Positions 13,166 to 25,145 of a stretch of 64,000 nt of DNA are shown piece by piece (the first letter of the stretch is position 1; every line of letters begins with the position of its first letter). The notes beneath the pieces were generated by a model, which saw only the letters and a program-made list of their open reading frames with translations, was not told the DNA's origin and ran no database searches. This stretch comes from Heteronotia binoei. Lineage: Eukaryota. The DNA lies in the NCBI RefSeq assembly GCF_032191835.1, contig NC_083224.1, forward strand, positions 32,736,001-32,800,000, in the 5' to 3' direction. The translations under genes and the position numbers were made by a program.

Positions 13166-13715
13166 AGCACTACCTGTGCCTTGCTGGATTCCACCTACTA
13201 TCCCAACTGCTAGCTCAGCAGAAGGCTCACTGGAGGGCACCCCCTGGATAAAGAGTGAGCCCCCCACCCTTTCCTTTGGGCTACTAAGCCAAGGCCTGCA
13301 GATGCAAGCAGCATTTTTTTTTTGCTCTTGACTCCCCCACCCAATCTGAGAGAAGCTCCCTGTGGGCGCGAACAGCCGCGACCCTACCATCGCAGGCCCG
13401 ACTATGCTTGAAGGCCCCACTGCCACCGCGGCTTCCCCTCCCCCAAACGCGAAAAACCACCGCTCTGCCCGGCCTGTGGCACTAGCTGCCAGCCTTGCCA
13501 CTGCCGCAACTGCCTCCCTTCATGAACTGCCAAACCGTCTGTCCTCGCATCCACTGCTGCCCACACGTGATGCTCCCCAGCTCCACCAAGCTCTCTGGGG
13601 GCCCCCCACACTTCTTCGGCCTCCCTTGCACCGCTTCCCGACTCGGCCTGCCACGGAGCCGAGCAAAAAGACGTCCTCCGGGAGCCGAAAGCGGCGAAGA
13701 ACTGTGCCACAGGGG

Positions 13716-13785
13716 GTGGGGCTGGCTAATTTATCCTGTGCCCGCCCCCTGTGGGGCTGGCTAATTTAGCCTGTGCCCGCCCCCT
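13716..13785. repeat. 35-bp tandem duplication in the 5' region of Ngaro copy 1
   Basis: gtggggctggctaatttaKcctgtgcccgccccct x2, one mismatch. Confidence 0.9.
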
Positions 13786-13906
13786 GAGGGCCTGGATAAC
13801 CGGAAAGAGTCCACTGCCTCTCCTCCATCCAGGGGAGGCAAAGAACAGCCCCCAGCCTTATCAGCCGATCGGCTGGGTGGGGCCAGATTCCCTACCAGTC
13901 ATAGAA

Positions 13907-14208
13907 AGAGCCCCGTGGTGCAGAGTGGTAAAGCTGCACTACTGCAGTCCTAAGCTCTGCTCACGACCTGAGTTCGATCCTGGCAGAAGCTGGTTTCAGG
14001 TAGCCAGCTCGAGGTTGACTCAGCCTTCCATCCTTCCAAGGTTGGTAAAATGAGTACCCAGCTTGCTGGGGGGGGGGGGAGTGTAGATGACTGGGGAAGG
14101 CAATGGCAAACCACCCCGTAAACAGTCTGCAGTGAAAACGTTGTGAAAGCAACGTCACCCCAGAGTCAGAAACGACTGGTGCTTGCACAGGGGACTACCT
14201 TTACCTTT
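13907..14208 (+). mobile_element. Sauria SINE (Squam1-like), full length
   Basis: tRNA-like head (ggtgcagagtggtaaag...gagttcgatcc), BovB-like tail ending (accttt)n; 14-bp TSD taccagtcatagaa at 13893-13906 and 14209-14222. Confidence 0.88.
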
Positions 14209-14984
14209 TACCAGTCATAGAAGAAGCAAAGTCTCATGTTCCATTATTTATTTCCTTCAAAAAGCTTCTCCTGTTATACCTTGAGGTGGGGCCACATCAG
14301 CAGGTGTACAAGGGGGAGTGGGGAATCAAACCCGGATCTTCCAGATAAGAGTCTGTGCACTTAACCACTACACCTAACTGGGCTACATGTTAAGGACCCT
14401 GCTCTGGATGGTGAGGCAATTCCTACTTTAACTATGGTGCTTACCTTGGCTCAGGTGCTGCTGAAATTTAGGACATTGTAGCAGCTGATATTGCGGAGGC
14501 ATTGTTGAGTCACACCAATAACAGTGAAGGTGCCGTCCACTTCTGCCTTCCTGAAGAAACTTCTTTAACTCTGTTTCTGCATCTCTCAGTGACATGTATC
14601 ATTTTGTGACCTCACTTTGTTGGCAGCATTGTCAGTCAGTCAGTCAGTTTATTATTACAGTCATTGACCAGAACATGTAAGTCTATTATTATAGTTTATT
14701 ATTACAGTCATTGACCAGAACTTCCATTGTCACTTCCATCCTTGTTTTCAGGTCAGTCATACCAAGCCAATAGACAGTTTTGAGCAATGAGGCTCGCAGC
14801 TCAGGATTTCTGCCTTTGACAAACATATGGCGTCTCCAGGGCTTCACAGAGATATCAGCTTATCTCACTACACACGCTAAGTAACTCAGTTCTCACTTAT
14901 ACTAGCACTCCCTGGCAACTAATCCACCCCTCCTATATGCAATGGTTAAGAAAATTATGTTCCACTATATCTTAATAAATGAGT

Positions 14985-15085
14985 TTGCACACAAAAACTT
15001 AGGCCTTGAGTAAAACTTTGTTGGTCTTAAAGGTGCCCCTGAACTCACGCTTTGTTCTGCTGCTTCAGACCAACACCACTTACCC
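14985..15085 (+). mobile_element. Penelope-like terminal repeat fragment
   Basis: ttggtcttaaaggtgcccctgaactc...cagaccaacac motif shared with 16438-16685 and 44230-44320. Confidence 0.55.
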
Positions 15086-15358
15086 AACTGAATCTACGTA
15101 CATAGTATAAAGTCTCATTTTGTTACTTTAGACAATAGTGTTTAGAAGTTCTAGAAGCTTTATAAATTTAAAACCAGTGCATAGGCCTGTTAATTAATTA
15201 CATGAGATCTGAAAGATTCCCCACTTTCCTTATGTTCCAGAAACCTAAAAAGAGGATATTAGTTTGTAATATTTCAGCCTAAGGGACTTGCTTATCCTTT
15301 CAGTATTTCAGAGAAAGGAGTTCTACTTGGGACTGTTTCTCCCACCACCCCCTTAGTC

Positions 15359-15530
15359 AGGGCTTTTTTTGGTAGAAAAAGTCCAACAGGAACTAATTTG
15401 CATGTTAGGCCACACCCTCTGGTGCCACCAATGTTCTGCACAAGGATTTTTGTAGAAAAAGTCCAGCAGGGACTCAATTCCATATCAGGCCACACCCCTG
15501 ACCCCAAGCCAGCTGGAACTGCCTTCCTGT
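15359..15530. mobile_element. hAT MITE (CAGGG family), partial
   Basis: cagggctttttt start with ggccacacccc subrepeats as at 19319 and 29010. Confidence 0.6.
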
Positions 15531-16437
15531 GCATCCATGCCCTTAGTGTGCTTGATGGTGTGATAACAGCACCTCACTTCCTGTCCCTCATTGCCATCTT
15601 TTTCCCAAATTGCACCTCTTAGAACGCGGGCTGGAATGGAATAGGGCAAAGATGATTGGAAGTGTCTCATAATGGTAACACATTATGGAAATTTCATTTT
15701 GCAGCCAGATCAAGACAGTAATGTGAATAGAGTACATTTTGCATCACCTAAATGAGCAGGATTTATATTTAAAAAGGAAAAAAAAAGAATTGGGTAGATG
15801 AAATTTTCTTCAATAGTATTCACTAACAGTTAATTAAATGAACATCTGGAAAGCACTGATGGAATATACTACCGAGGACATAATTCAGTCTTCAGAGGCA
15901 ACCTGGAGGCACAAATGGGTATAGCTTATACAACGGAACAGTCCTTTGCCAGTCCACAGGGTGTAGATTAGATGAATTAAACGGACTGATTTTCACACAG
16001 TTCAGCCATGCAATTATGTTCATTAAATGCGTGTGTAATTGCATTCCTAATCTGAATGAACAATTCCCACGGCTGTGCATCCCAATCAGGCAATTGAAAA
16101 CATAAATAACAATTTGCATATTTCAGCTCCCATTTTATATGCACAATTACGATAACTGCCCATGCAAATAGGATGCACAGTTTCACACTCAGAAATACAA
16201 CCCCCCACCCCCAAAGTCTATTTCCAGCTGAAATATGGGGGATGGGGGGTGGGAGAGGCGTTTTATCCATAATGCATGTGGTACCCATCACCCACCATGC
16301 CTGATGAAGTTCTCCATCCTCACATCCAACTCATCAATCAGCTCTCATCATGTCTAAACTCAGAATATATGTAATTTACAAAAGCAACACAGTCCCCTTC
16401 TCTTAATGCTGCTGTGCTTATTACTAACTCCACTAAT

Positions 16438-16685
16438 AGATCCAAGCGGGCAGCCGTGTTGGTCTGAAGCAGTTGAACAAAGCAGGAGTCAAGTCTCACC
16501 TTTAAGACCAACCAATTTTTATTTAGAATGTAAGCTTTCATGTGCTCTTAAGCACACTTCATCAGACAAGGAATCCAGCACAGTGAGCAAAGCCATACAT
16601 AGCTGAGCAGAGCCATACACAGCTGATAGGCAGTGACCCAGAAAGTTGGTTGGTCTTAAAGGTACAACTTGACTCCTGCTTTGTT
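16438..16685. mobile_element. Penelope-like inverted terminal remnant with 13-bp flanking direct repeat
   Basis: Minus-oriented pLTR followed by a plus-oriented piece; taactccactaat at 16425-16437 and 16686-16698. Confidence 0.75.
16529..16568 (-). ncRNA. Minimal hammerhead ribozyme core (Penelope-associated)
   Basis: Minus strand UGU-CUGAUGA-A-GUGUGC-uuaaga-GCACAU-GAAA-GC-UU-ACA. Confidence 0.6.
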
Positions 16686-17445
16686 TAACTCCACTAATGT
16701 CTCTTCACAGACAACATTCCGAGAGTAAGTGGGGAGAAAAAAAAAATTCTAACTTCAGTTCAGGTTAATTCTTAAATGTTAAATCCATAATATCCATCTT
16801 GTCTCTGAACTTCCCATCATTTCTTCTGCTGTCTCACTGGGTTCCTTTTGCCTTCTCAGCTGTTTCGTTAGGGAGTTTTATGTTGCAAAGTGCCAGGGCA
16901 AATTACGGAGGGAAAAATTTCAAGTGGACATCCATAGACTGATTATGCTGCACCCTGTGTCTAGTCCAGGTAAACATATGATCACTGCTTTCAGCTACTG
17001 GCTGCGTCACACTAGTGATGCACATTAGTCAAATCACTTCGCGCCTGTCTGTGCTTGTATGAGTCAATTCACTTCCTTCTCCTAAAATTCTTCATTGTCT
17101 GTGTGTGTGAGAGAGAGAGATGTGGAAGGTGTGAAGTTTGTTTGGAGAGCTTATGACTTCATACCTGTGAGAGGACTCCTCCTGCAATGCCCTTCTTAGG
17201 AATGGAAACTTGATCTTGCATAGCATTTAAGGACTGCTAAACCACCAGTGAGCATTCATCAGCTCCCTCTGGTCTTTCTTCCTGTTTGCATGAGTGACAC
17301 TCCCAACAGGGCCGGCCCTGCCATTAGGCAAACTAGGCAATTGCCTAGGGCACCAGTCTTCTGGGGGCACCAAATTGCCCTCATGTGACTTGGTGATGCT
17401 ATCAGTGTGTGTGTGTGGGGGGGGACCAGAAGTTAGCCTTGCCTA

Positions 17446-18199
17446 CAGGCTTGCCAATCCCCGGGTCCCAGCGGGGATTCCCCCACTTTTGCAGGCTCCT
17501 TCCCACCCCCAGACAGCTGGCCAGTGGGGGGAAGCCCTGCCCCAACATCCCCCATGTGCCTTCAAACCATGAAGGCTTAAGAAGACCCTGGGAACAGCTT
17601 TTTTCCTAGAAAGGTGCTGTGCCTTTAAATCTTAGAGCAGGCTGCGGGAAGGGACAGCCTGCAGAACAATGTGCCTGGTGGAAGGTAAGAGAGGAGTCCA
17701 AAAACCACATTAAAATTGTCTCAGAGGCCATTTGCACAGGAAAGGGTAAACTAGAACCTTTCGTTTCCTTGTGTTATTCTTTAGAACTTGGGACTTCAGT
17801 AACTCGTGAGTAAATTGCCCTAGTGAACTGCACATGCGTGGGATTGCAAACTGTTTATTTTGACTACGCACTCTCTCTCTTTGCGTGTGTGCACGTGCAC
17901 GTGTGTGAGAGAGGATACAGAGCAGGTGCAGGTAGTTGGGGTGAGGAAATGAAGACTGTATTCAGGGGAACTGCACTGCTGATTTTTTTTACTTATTTAT
18001 TTTAGGGAATGTGAAAGTCTCCTGGATCCACCCCCAAAGTCCCCAGATATTTTCTGAGACAGATTTAGCAACCCTACCAGAACTCTCTTTGGAGTTCAAT
18101 TATGCCTGCCACAAACTTGCTATTGGCTCCACCCCCATAGTCTCCTGGCTCCACCCCCAAAGTTTCCAAATATTTCTTGGATTGGATTTGTCAACCCTA
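17446..18199. mobile_element. hAT-type non-autonomous element (TAGGG/GGCAACCCTA family) nested in a CAGGGCCGG MITE
   Basis: 8-bp TSD cttgccta at 17438-17445 and 18200-18207; colinear with the copy at 24164-25145. Confidence 0.8.
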
Positions 18200-19318
18200 C
18201 TTGCCTAGGGTGCCAGATAGTCTCCCAAGTTCAAACAGGCATACCATTCTATTCTGTGGATGCTAAAATTTTGCCTGATCACTGCAGCTGTTTTCTTGGT
18301 AGATTCTGCATGACAGGGAGCACATATTCTGGGGTAAGGGATTGGCTCACTTAAGTTTAAAAACAGAGATGCAAGGGTACCAGTTTTGGGATGGAAATGC
18401 CTTCCTCTGAACTGGAAGGCCTTTTGCCAGTTCTCTTTTGTTTATTCACAACAGCTGTTCAGCAGTGAGTGGAAAATGCTTTGCAATTGCTCAGAAACAC
18501 TCAAATAAATTCTTAAATCTAGCAAGTACAGTAGATGTCAGGAATGAACCCCAACCTCAAAAATCCCGATGGCAAGATCACATAGCCCAGCCAGGGGGGT
18601 AGCAAACTCCTTTCATTTTATGAAAAGACCACCCCCCGTTCAATGTACATTTTGACTGCTTGACTGGCATCCCACCGGTATTAGAATGAAAAAAGTCTAT
18701 AAATAATGCTTTATAATGCATCAATTAGAACTGAAATTGCCCTCCAGTTATATTGTCATATTCTACCACTAAATGATAATATTGAAAATAGATTTCTAAA
18801 GAGATTTCTAAAGAAAATAGCATCAAGGAAAGGACAGAGCGTGTGCAAGAGAAAAAGATCAGTTCTAGAGAAATAACTCCATAACTTGCTTTAATAATTT
18901 ACCCAAGTGTTAAATTGGAATCTTTTTTAATCTCTGCACTGCTATTGAGATATACACGTTCAACTGCCTAACTTCATGAGGTAGGGTGTCAGGGGCCTTT
19001 CAGGGTTCTCAAATATATTCTTAAGGCTATCTGATATTTAATTAATGCTTAAAGGGGGAGGTGGAATTGCTCCTTGAGTATATTTTTACAACATTTATTT
19101 GACTGATGAATTTTCAAAATGTAGAAATTACCTCTCTGTATGTAGATGATTGAAAACATTTCATCGATTCCTAACTTGGAGAGAAAGGTAAGCTGTAACT
19201 AATTTAAGTGCTCTATACTTACTGGTTCTTAGAGAGAGAAAAAACAGGCTGTCAACTGGGAAAAGTGTCAATTGGGTACTGGAGTCCTGAAGAGGAGTGA
19301 TTAAGGGGTATGGTTAAC

Positions 19319-19516
19319 CAGGGCTTTTTTTGAGCATGAATGCACAGGAAAGTGTTTCCAGCTGGCTTGGAGTCAGGGGGTGTGGCCTAATATGCAAATG
19401 AGTTCCCACCCAGCTTTTTCTACACAAAAACCCTGTGTGAAACAATGGTGATGTCAGGGGTGTAGCCTAATATGCAAATGATTCCTGCTGGACTTTTCCT
19501 GCAAAAAAAGGCCCTG
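19319..19516. mobile_element. hAT MITE (CAGGG family)
   Basis: cagggcttttttt / aaaaaaaggccctg TIRs; TSD tggttaac / tgattaac. Confidence 0.8.
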
Positions 19517-19724
19517 TGATTAACCATCTATTCCAAACCACTTCTGGAGGCAGGAAAGCCAAATTAGAGCATTCCCAGCTACCTGCCCTGCCTCTACTTC
19601 AAGGTGTCCAGTGAGGGAGATCCCAGCACTCCTCCCCAGGTAATTGGCTCCAATGTCAGAATTTTTTACTGATGTTTTAGTAAAATGTTACCCTTCCTAT
19701 TATCTTGAGCCTATTCCTTATCAT

Positions 19725-19890
19725 ATTTCAGACGCTAAGCAGGGTTGGCTCTGGTTAGTACTTGGATGGGAGACCACCAAGGAAGTCTAGGGTTGCTGCA
19801 GAGGCAAACCATCCCTGAATGTCTCTTGAACAGAAAGCAATGAGGAGTCGCCATGGATCAGCTGTGACTTGGTGGCACTTTCCACTATCA
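19725..19890 (+). mobile_element. 5S rRNA-headed SINE (5S-Sauria-like)
   Basis: gctaagcagggttggctctggttagtacttggatgggagacc matches the 5S internal control region, followed by a Sauria/BovB-like tail. Confidence 0.7.
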
Positions 19891-20052
19891 ACTTAAGACC
19901 ATTAGATCTCATTTTGGTCTTTAAAGCAAGTGAGAACACATTTTTGCCCTTTTCCATATGACAGCCACTGAAATATCTGAACAGCATGATCATATCTTCC
20001 CTGTCCCTCAGTCTTTTCTAAACAAAACATATACAGCTCAATATGTTGTCAT

Positions 20053-20246
20053 TCATGGCCAGAGTCCATTGGTTGTTGTAGAATTTCTGGGCTGTGTGGC
20101 CGTGGTCTTGGCATTGTGAGACCTGATGTTTTGCCAGCAACTGTGACTGGCATCCTCTGAGGTGTAACACCTCTGAGGATGCCAGTCACATAAGGTTTCA
20201 CAATGCCAAGACCATGGCCATACAGCCCGGAAAATCTACAACAACC
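20053..20246. mobile_element. Penelope-like head-to-head inverted remnant (second family)
   Basis: Palindrome centred on gaggtgtaacacctc; arms contain ctctgaggatgccag...catggccatacagccc. Confidence 0.65.
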
Positions 20247-20334
20247 ATATACAGTTCATTCAACCTTTCTTCACAGGGCTTGATTCCCAGGACCCTGATG
20301 ATCTGCATTGCCAGCCTCTGAAGAGGTTCCGACT

Positions 20335-20560
20335 TGTTTGCATCTTTCTTAAAGTTCACTACCCAGAATTAGACACAACACTCCAGGAGGAGGTCTGACT
20401 AGAGTGGAGTGGAACTGATATTTCTGGCAACCTAATTCTGACAATAACATTCTATCAATGCAGCCTGAAATCGCATTTGTCTTTTTTGTAAATTCATCAT
20501 GCTGCTGACTCTTGTGATCAGCCATAAGACGGAGAGTTGGATCGTTGCAGAGGAAATACA
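20335..20560 (-). mobile_element. CR1 LINE ORF2 fragment, old
   Basis: Minus translation KKTNAISGCIDR...STLVRPPPGVLCLILG resembles CR1 ORF2 C-terminus. Confidence 0.55.
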
Positions 20561-21509
20561 CATTGGGCTTCCCTTCTATATCATTTTTGCAGATAGGGCT
20601 GCCAACTCCATCCTGGGAAATTCCTGGAAAATTTGAAGGTTGTGCCTGTGGATGGGGAAAATGGGGGAGAGATTTCACCAAGAATCTATGGTGTATCATA
20701 GAGGTTGTCCTCTGAAGTGGTCATTTTATCCAGGTGAATTGATCTCTGCAGTCTGGGGATCAGTAGCCATCCCAGGAGGGCTCTGTACCCCAACTGGTGG
20801 AGAGGCATATCTGACATAGGAAGTCTCTGCTGAGCATTTGGCCATTTGAACTTTTTTGATTGGGGCTTCGATATTTACGTTCTGTCCAGCTTTGATGGGA
20901 GTTCAGAAGAACATATGAGAAATCTTCTGAAGACTACCAGAACACTAGCATGATCTATGTGCCGTGTCTTGTTTGTTGATATTGATAAATGCCAATGACA
21001 TTTGTCTTGCTTCAACATTCATTGTTCCCTACTGAGAGTTGCAATCCAGCAATGCAGCAAGATTACATCATGCTTTGGACTTCTGATATTGTTTCCTTAC
21101 TCCCCGTTGAGGTCAAGCGGACCTAGGAGTGTGTATTGAGAACATTTTTTCTGACTGATTTTTGTATATTATTTGGAGATGATATGCTATTGTGGAAACT
21201 GTGTATGGATATAGTTGTGATATTATACATTGCCATAGGATAGACATTGATTTGAATGTTTTTAATTGGGCTATTACTGTCTTTTGCTACAGTTCTGTTT
21301 TCTGTTGGCCACCAGGTGATTGGCAACCTTGATTGCAGGGGATGTGCAAACTGTGATCCATAAGAACCTTTACACCCAATCAAGGCAGAAAAAGGGGCTC
21401 ATTTTACATAAATGTATATTAAATGTACATTAAATGTATATTTAACTTAGTTACAGGAGCCATACGTGGACCAGAATGCAGCAGTCTGATGATTAACAGC
21501 TAGACTTCG

Positions 21510-21660
21510 TGGCCCTGACCTGGATGGCCCAGGTTGTCTCTAGTTAGTATTTGGATGGAAGGCCACCAAGGAAGTTCAAGCTCTCTATGGAGAGGCAGGC
21601 AATGGCAAATGAACTCTGAATGTCTTTTGCCTTGGATACCATACAGGGTAGCTGCTGATG
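21510..21660 (+). mobile_element. 5S-headed SINE, degenerate
   Basis: ttagtatttggatggaaggccaccaaggaag...gcaatggcaaa. Confidence 0.5.
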
Positions 21661-21713
21661 TGGCAGGAAAGGAAGTGGGGAGGGTACAGCTTGAGCCAGG
21701 CAACCCTATAGTT

Positions 21714-22330
21714 AGGGCAACCCTATCGTTGGGAATATTTTCTGATATTCCTGAATCTTGATACTGTTACAGTATTCAGATATGGGATTTTTCAGAGAGC
21801 CTGATCCCCCCCCCCCCCGCCCAGCTCTGTTATACCTAATGGGGACCTTTATGGTCAATGGTCCCCATAAAGTATAAGTAGGAATTGATCCAGGGGTATC
21901 TGGGAGCCTCGGGACTGTTTTGGGGGTATTTTGGGGCACCAAAATTGCTGGTGCCTCTTTCCCAAAAGCCTCCCAAGCTTCAAATAGAGTGGACTAGGGG
22001 GTGCAATTCTATGGGCCCCAAAGAAGGTGCCCCATTCTTTATTGTTTTCAATAGAGGGGGAAACAGTGTTTAAATGGCTTGCAGTCTCTTCTCCGAGAAG
22101 TGAATTCACCCAGAAGGCATTTCAAGTGACTATGATCCCCTCAAATGCCCTTTAACTTTGGCTATCTGGTGGGATTTTGGGGGCACGGCTACTATGGATA
22201 GCCAAGAAAATACTCAGTTGTATATTTGGCTGTATATTTGACTTGGATATAACCAAATGTGCAGCCCTACTTATAGGAGTACCACATACTTGAGAAAGAC
22301 TGTCTCTTTCTAAATCAACCTGATTGGTCC
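21714..22330. mobile_element. TAGGG-family hAT-type element, degenerate
   Basis: Shares ccaattctatgggccccaaaagaaggtgccc core with other copies. Confidence 0.5.
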
Positions 22331-22789
22331 TACAGATTTTAACCATAAGATTTGTATGTTTACCGCCTTAAGGGATCTGTGATTGCCAAGACAAGAATGT
22401 TTTCTATCATGGCTCCATTCTTCTACAACTGACTGCTGGTTGAAGTCAGGACTTCTTCTTTTGTCCAGTGCAGAAAGCAATGGAAGACTGCATTGTTTAG
22501 GTAGGCTTTTTCTTGGCTTGGGTTTAATTGTGTTTAATTGTGTGAACATCTTACTATGGCAGGTTTCTGGTTGGTTTGAATTTGCCTGCTTTGTTGCAAA
22601 CTGCTTTAAACAAACAAAACAAAAAGTCATGGAAGTGTAGTAAATCAAAGAACTGAAATAACTTAAAGTTGCAGATTTCAGGTTCAAGACTTCTTGGGAT
22701 TCTCAGATCAACTTAGAGGGCACATTTAACTGTGGCACAATATTCCATGTTCTATAGCCCACTTTATCAAACTGATGAAGTGTATTCGA

Positions 22790-22833
22790 TATATATATAT
22801 ATATATACACACATACATACATACACACACACA
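22790..22833. repeat. Compound (TA)n(TACA)n(CA)n microsatellite
   Basis: Seen directly. Confidence 0.9.
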
Positions 22834-23075
22834 CGGGCATAAATAGGAAAAAATGGAATGAGTGAGGTTGAAATATAAGAGGACCACTCTCCGACACTTC
22901 AGCTTAAGCCTTATACATGTGACTGCTTTCAACAGCAGCAATAAGTGATAACAACAATCTTCTTAGACAAGCTAAGCTAATTTAATACCTTTAGTTTGAT
23001 ATAAACCCCTGATCTTTTCTGAGCCCTAACAAGAGAAGATCAAACTTCCTATTATGTGTGTGTAAAGTGCCATCA

Positions 23076-23373
23076 GAAAAGCCATGTGGCACAGAGTGGT
23101 AAGCTGCAGTATTGCGGACCAAGCTCTGCTCATGACCTGAGTTCGATCCCGGCAGAAGCTGGGTTCAGGTAGCTGCTGGCTCAAGGTTGATTCAGCCTTC
23201 CATCCTTCTGAGGCCAGTAGAATGAGTACCCAGCTTGCTGGGGGTAAAGTGTAGATGACTGGGGAAGGCATTGGCAAACCACCCTGTAAAAAGTCTGCCA
23301 AGAAAGTGTCATGATGTGACATCACCCCATGGGTTGGTAGCAACTTGGTGCTTGCACAGGGGACTACCTTTAC
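23076..23373 (+). mobile_element. Sauria SINE inserted in a 5S-headed SINE
   Basis: 13-bp TSD taaagtgccatca at 23063-23075 and 23374-23386. Confidence 0.85.
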
Positions 23374-23386
23374 TAAAGTGCCATCA

Positions 23387-23575
23387 AGTCACAGCTGACT
23401 TATGGTGACCCCTCAAGGCAAGATATGTTCAGGGGGTGGTTTGCTGTTGCTTCTCCCTGCAACAACCCTGGACTTCCTTGGTGGTCCCCCTTCCAAGTAC
23501 TGACCAGGGCCAACCCTACTTAGCTTCTGAGATCTGCAGAGATCAGCCTAGGCTAGGCTGATCAGGTCAGGGCAA
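23387..23575 (-). mobile_element. 5S-headed SINE (host of the Sauria SINE)
   Basis: Minus strand gatctcagaagctaagtagggttggccctggtcagtacttggaagggggacc resembles 5S rRNA. Confidence 0.7.
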
Positions 23576-24163
23576 AAATCTTCATAATATTACCCTATTT
23601 ATTGGTGGTGCCTTAACTGGATGGCATGTTTTGATGAGTTGGATGCAAACTAAACTTTCCAATGGCAGAATGGAAATCCCCTGCTTCCTGCATTCCACTG
23701 CAGCCCACTGACCTCCATGCTGCTCCTGGGGGACCCCTCCAGGTCATTGTTGGGTCTGGTTTAGGATGGCTGCACTGGTCAGGCAGCCCTCCTTACCTTC
23801 ACTTAGCAGAGTGCTCCTTCTGAGCTTCAGTGCAGCAGTGTGGCCTAGTGTTATGGTTATCACAATATCTCACAAATTGCTTTAAGTTAAGAAACAAATA
23901 CTGGTGGAATTATTTAAAGAAAAAACATATACATGTAGTGGAGAGAAAGAGTGACTATCTATCCTAACTAACTATGGATGGCTTTGAATTGACAGTAGGC
24001 CTTCTGTTTAGTTCAGATCAGGAGGAGAGGCACCATGCTGTTCCTCCTGATGCAGACAGGGAAGAAGAGGAGGAGAACAAAGAAAAAGGAAGTTCCCTGA
24101 GATTACATTCTACCTGTGAGAGAGGGTGTGTGAAAGCAGAACAGACAGGAAGGAGACTGATAT

Positions 24164-25145
24164 TAGGCTTGCCAATTCCCACTTCCCAGCAGGGGTTCCC
24201 CCACTTTTGCAGGCTCCTTCCCACCCCCAGCCAACTGGCTGGTGGGGAGAATCCTCACCCCAGCACCCATGTGCCTTCAAACCTCAAAGGCTTAAGAAGA
24301 CCCTGGAACAGCTTTTTTCCTAGAAAGGTGCTCCGTGCCTTTAAATTTTAGACCAGGCTGCAGGTGGGGCAAACCTGCAGAACAATGTGCCTGGTGAAAG
24401 GGAAAGGAAAGAGTCCAGAATCTGTGTTGGTTTTATAATTGTCTCAGAGCCGTTTGCACAGGAAAGGGTAAACAAGAACCTTTAGAAAAAGAAGAAGATA
24501 TTGGATTTATATCCTGCTTTCCACTCCGAAGAGTCTCAGAGCGGCTCACAATCTCCTTTACCTTCCTCCCCCACAACAGACACCCTGTGAGGTGGGTGGG
24601 GCTGGAGAGGGCTCTCACAGCAGCTGCCCTTTCAAGGACAACCTCTGCCAGGGCTATGGCTGACCCAAGGCCATGCTAGCAGGTGCAAGTGGAGGAGTGG
24701 GGAATCAAACCCGGTTCTCCCAGATAAGAGTCCACACACTTAACCACTACACCAAACTAGCTCTCCTTGTGTTTAGTTTCCTTGTGTTATTCTTTAGAAC
24801 TTGGAACTTCAGCAACTCGTGAGTAAATTGCCCTAGTGAGACCACACAAATGCGGGATTGCAAACTGTTTATTTTAGCTGCTGTTTCTCTCTTCATTTCC
24901 TCACCCCAACCAGCTGCACCTGCTCTCTGTCTCTCTCTCTCTCTCTCTCATGTGTGTGTGTGTGAAAGAGAGAGAGAGAAAGAGAGAGGGTGCAATTGGT
25001 TGGGGTGAAGAAATGAACACTGTATTCTGGGGAACTGCACTGCTGTTTTTTTTCTTTAAACTTATTTATTTTAGGGAATGTGAAAGTCTCCTGGCTCCAC
25101 CCTCAAAGTCCCTAGATATTTCTTTAATTGGACTTGGCAACCCTA
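24164..25145. mobile_element. TAGGG-family hAT-type element containing a Squam3 SINE
   Basis: TSD actgatat at 24156-24163 and 25146-25153; Squam3 on minus at about 24485-24765. Confidence 0.82.
24485..24765 (-). mobile_element. Squam3-like SINE, full length
   Basis: Reverse complement of head, body and (ttc)n tail. Confidence 0.8.

Larger units (their letters stand above)
7059..13889 (-). mobile_element. Ngaro-type tyrosine-recombinase retrotransposon, copy 1 (decayed, L1-interrupted)
   Basis: Order gag, RT, RNase H, YR, SGNH hydrolase on minus. Termini match copy 2: gcccccctagtcagaatga vs gcccccccagtcggaatga on the left, gctgggtggggccaga vs gctgggaaggggtcgga on the right. Confidence 0.88.

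Noticed and set aside
12827-13501. N-terminal extensions upstream of MAPKK in gag (also 34734-34955)
   Set aside because: The extensions are unrelated between copies; similarity starts at MAPKK.
12622-13769. Plus-strand ORFs over Ngaro copy 1 (and 32007-35619 over copy 2)
   Set aside because: GC-rich antisense shadows with no motif and no conservation between the two copies.
7059-13889. DIRS1-type classification (ITR plus ICR)
   Set aside because: No long ITRs, no ICR and no methyltransferase ORF seen; the hydrolase after YR fits Ngaro better.
14642-14720. 29-bp direct repeat as a CRISPR-like array
   Set aside because: Only two copies with a short AT-rich spacer in eukaryotic DNA; a local duplication.
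23387-23575. True 5S rRNA gene
   Set aside because: Only the internal control region resembles 5S; it is dispersed, divergent and joined to a LINE-like tail.
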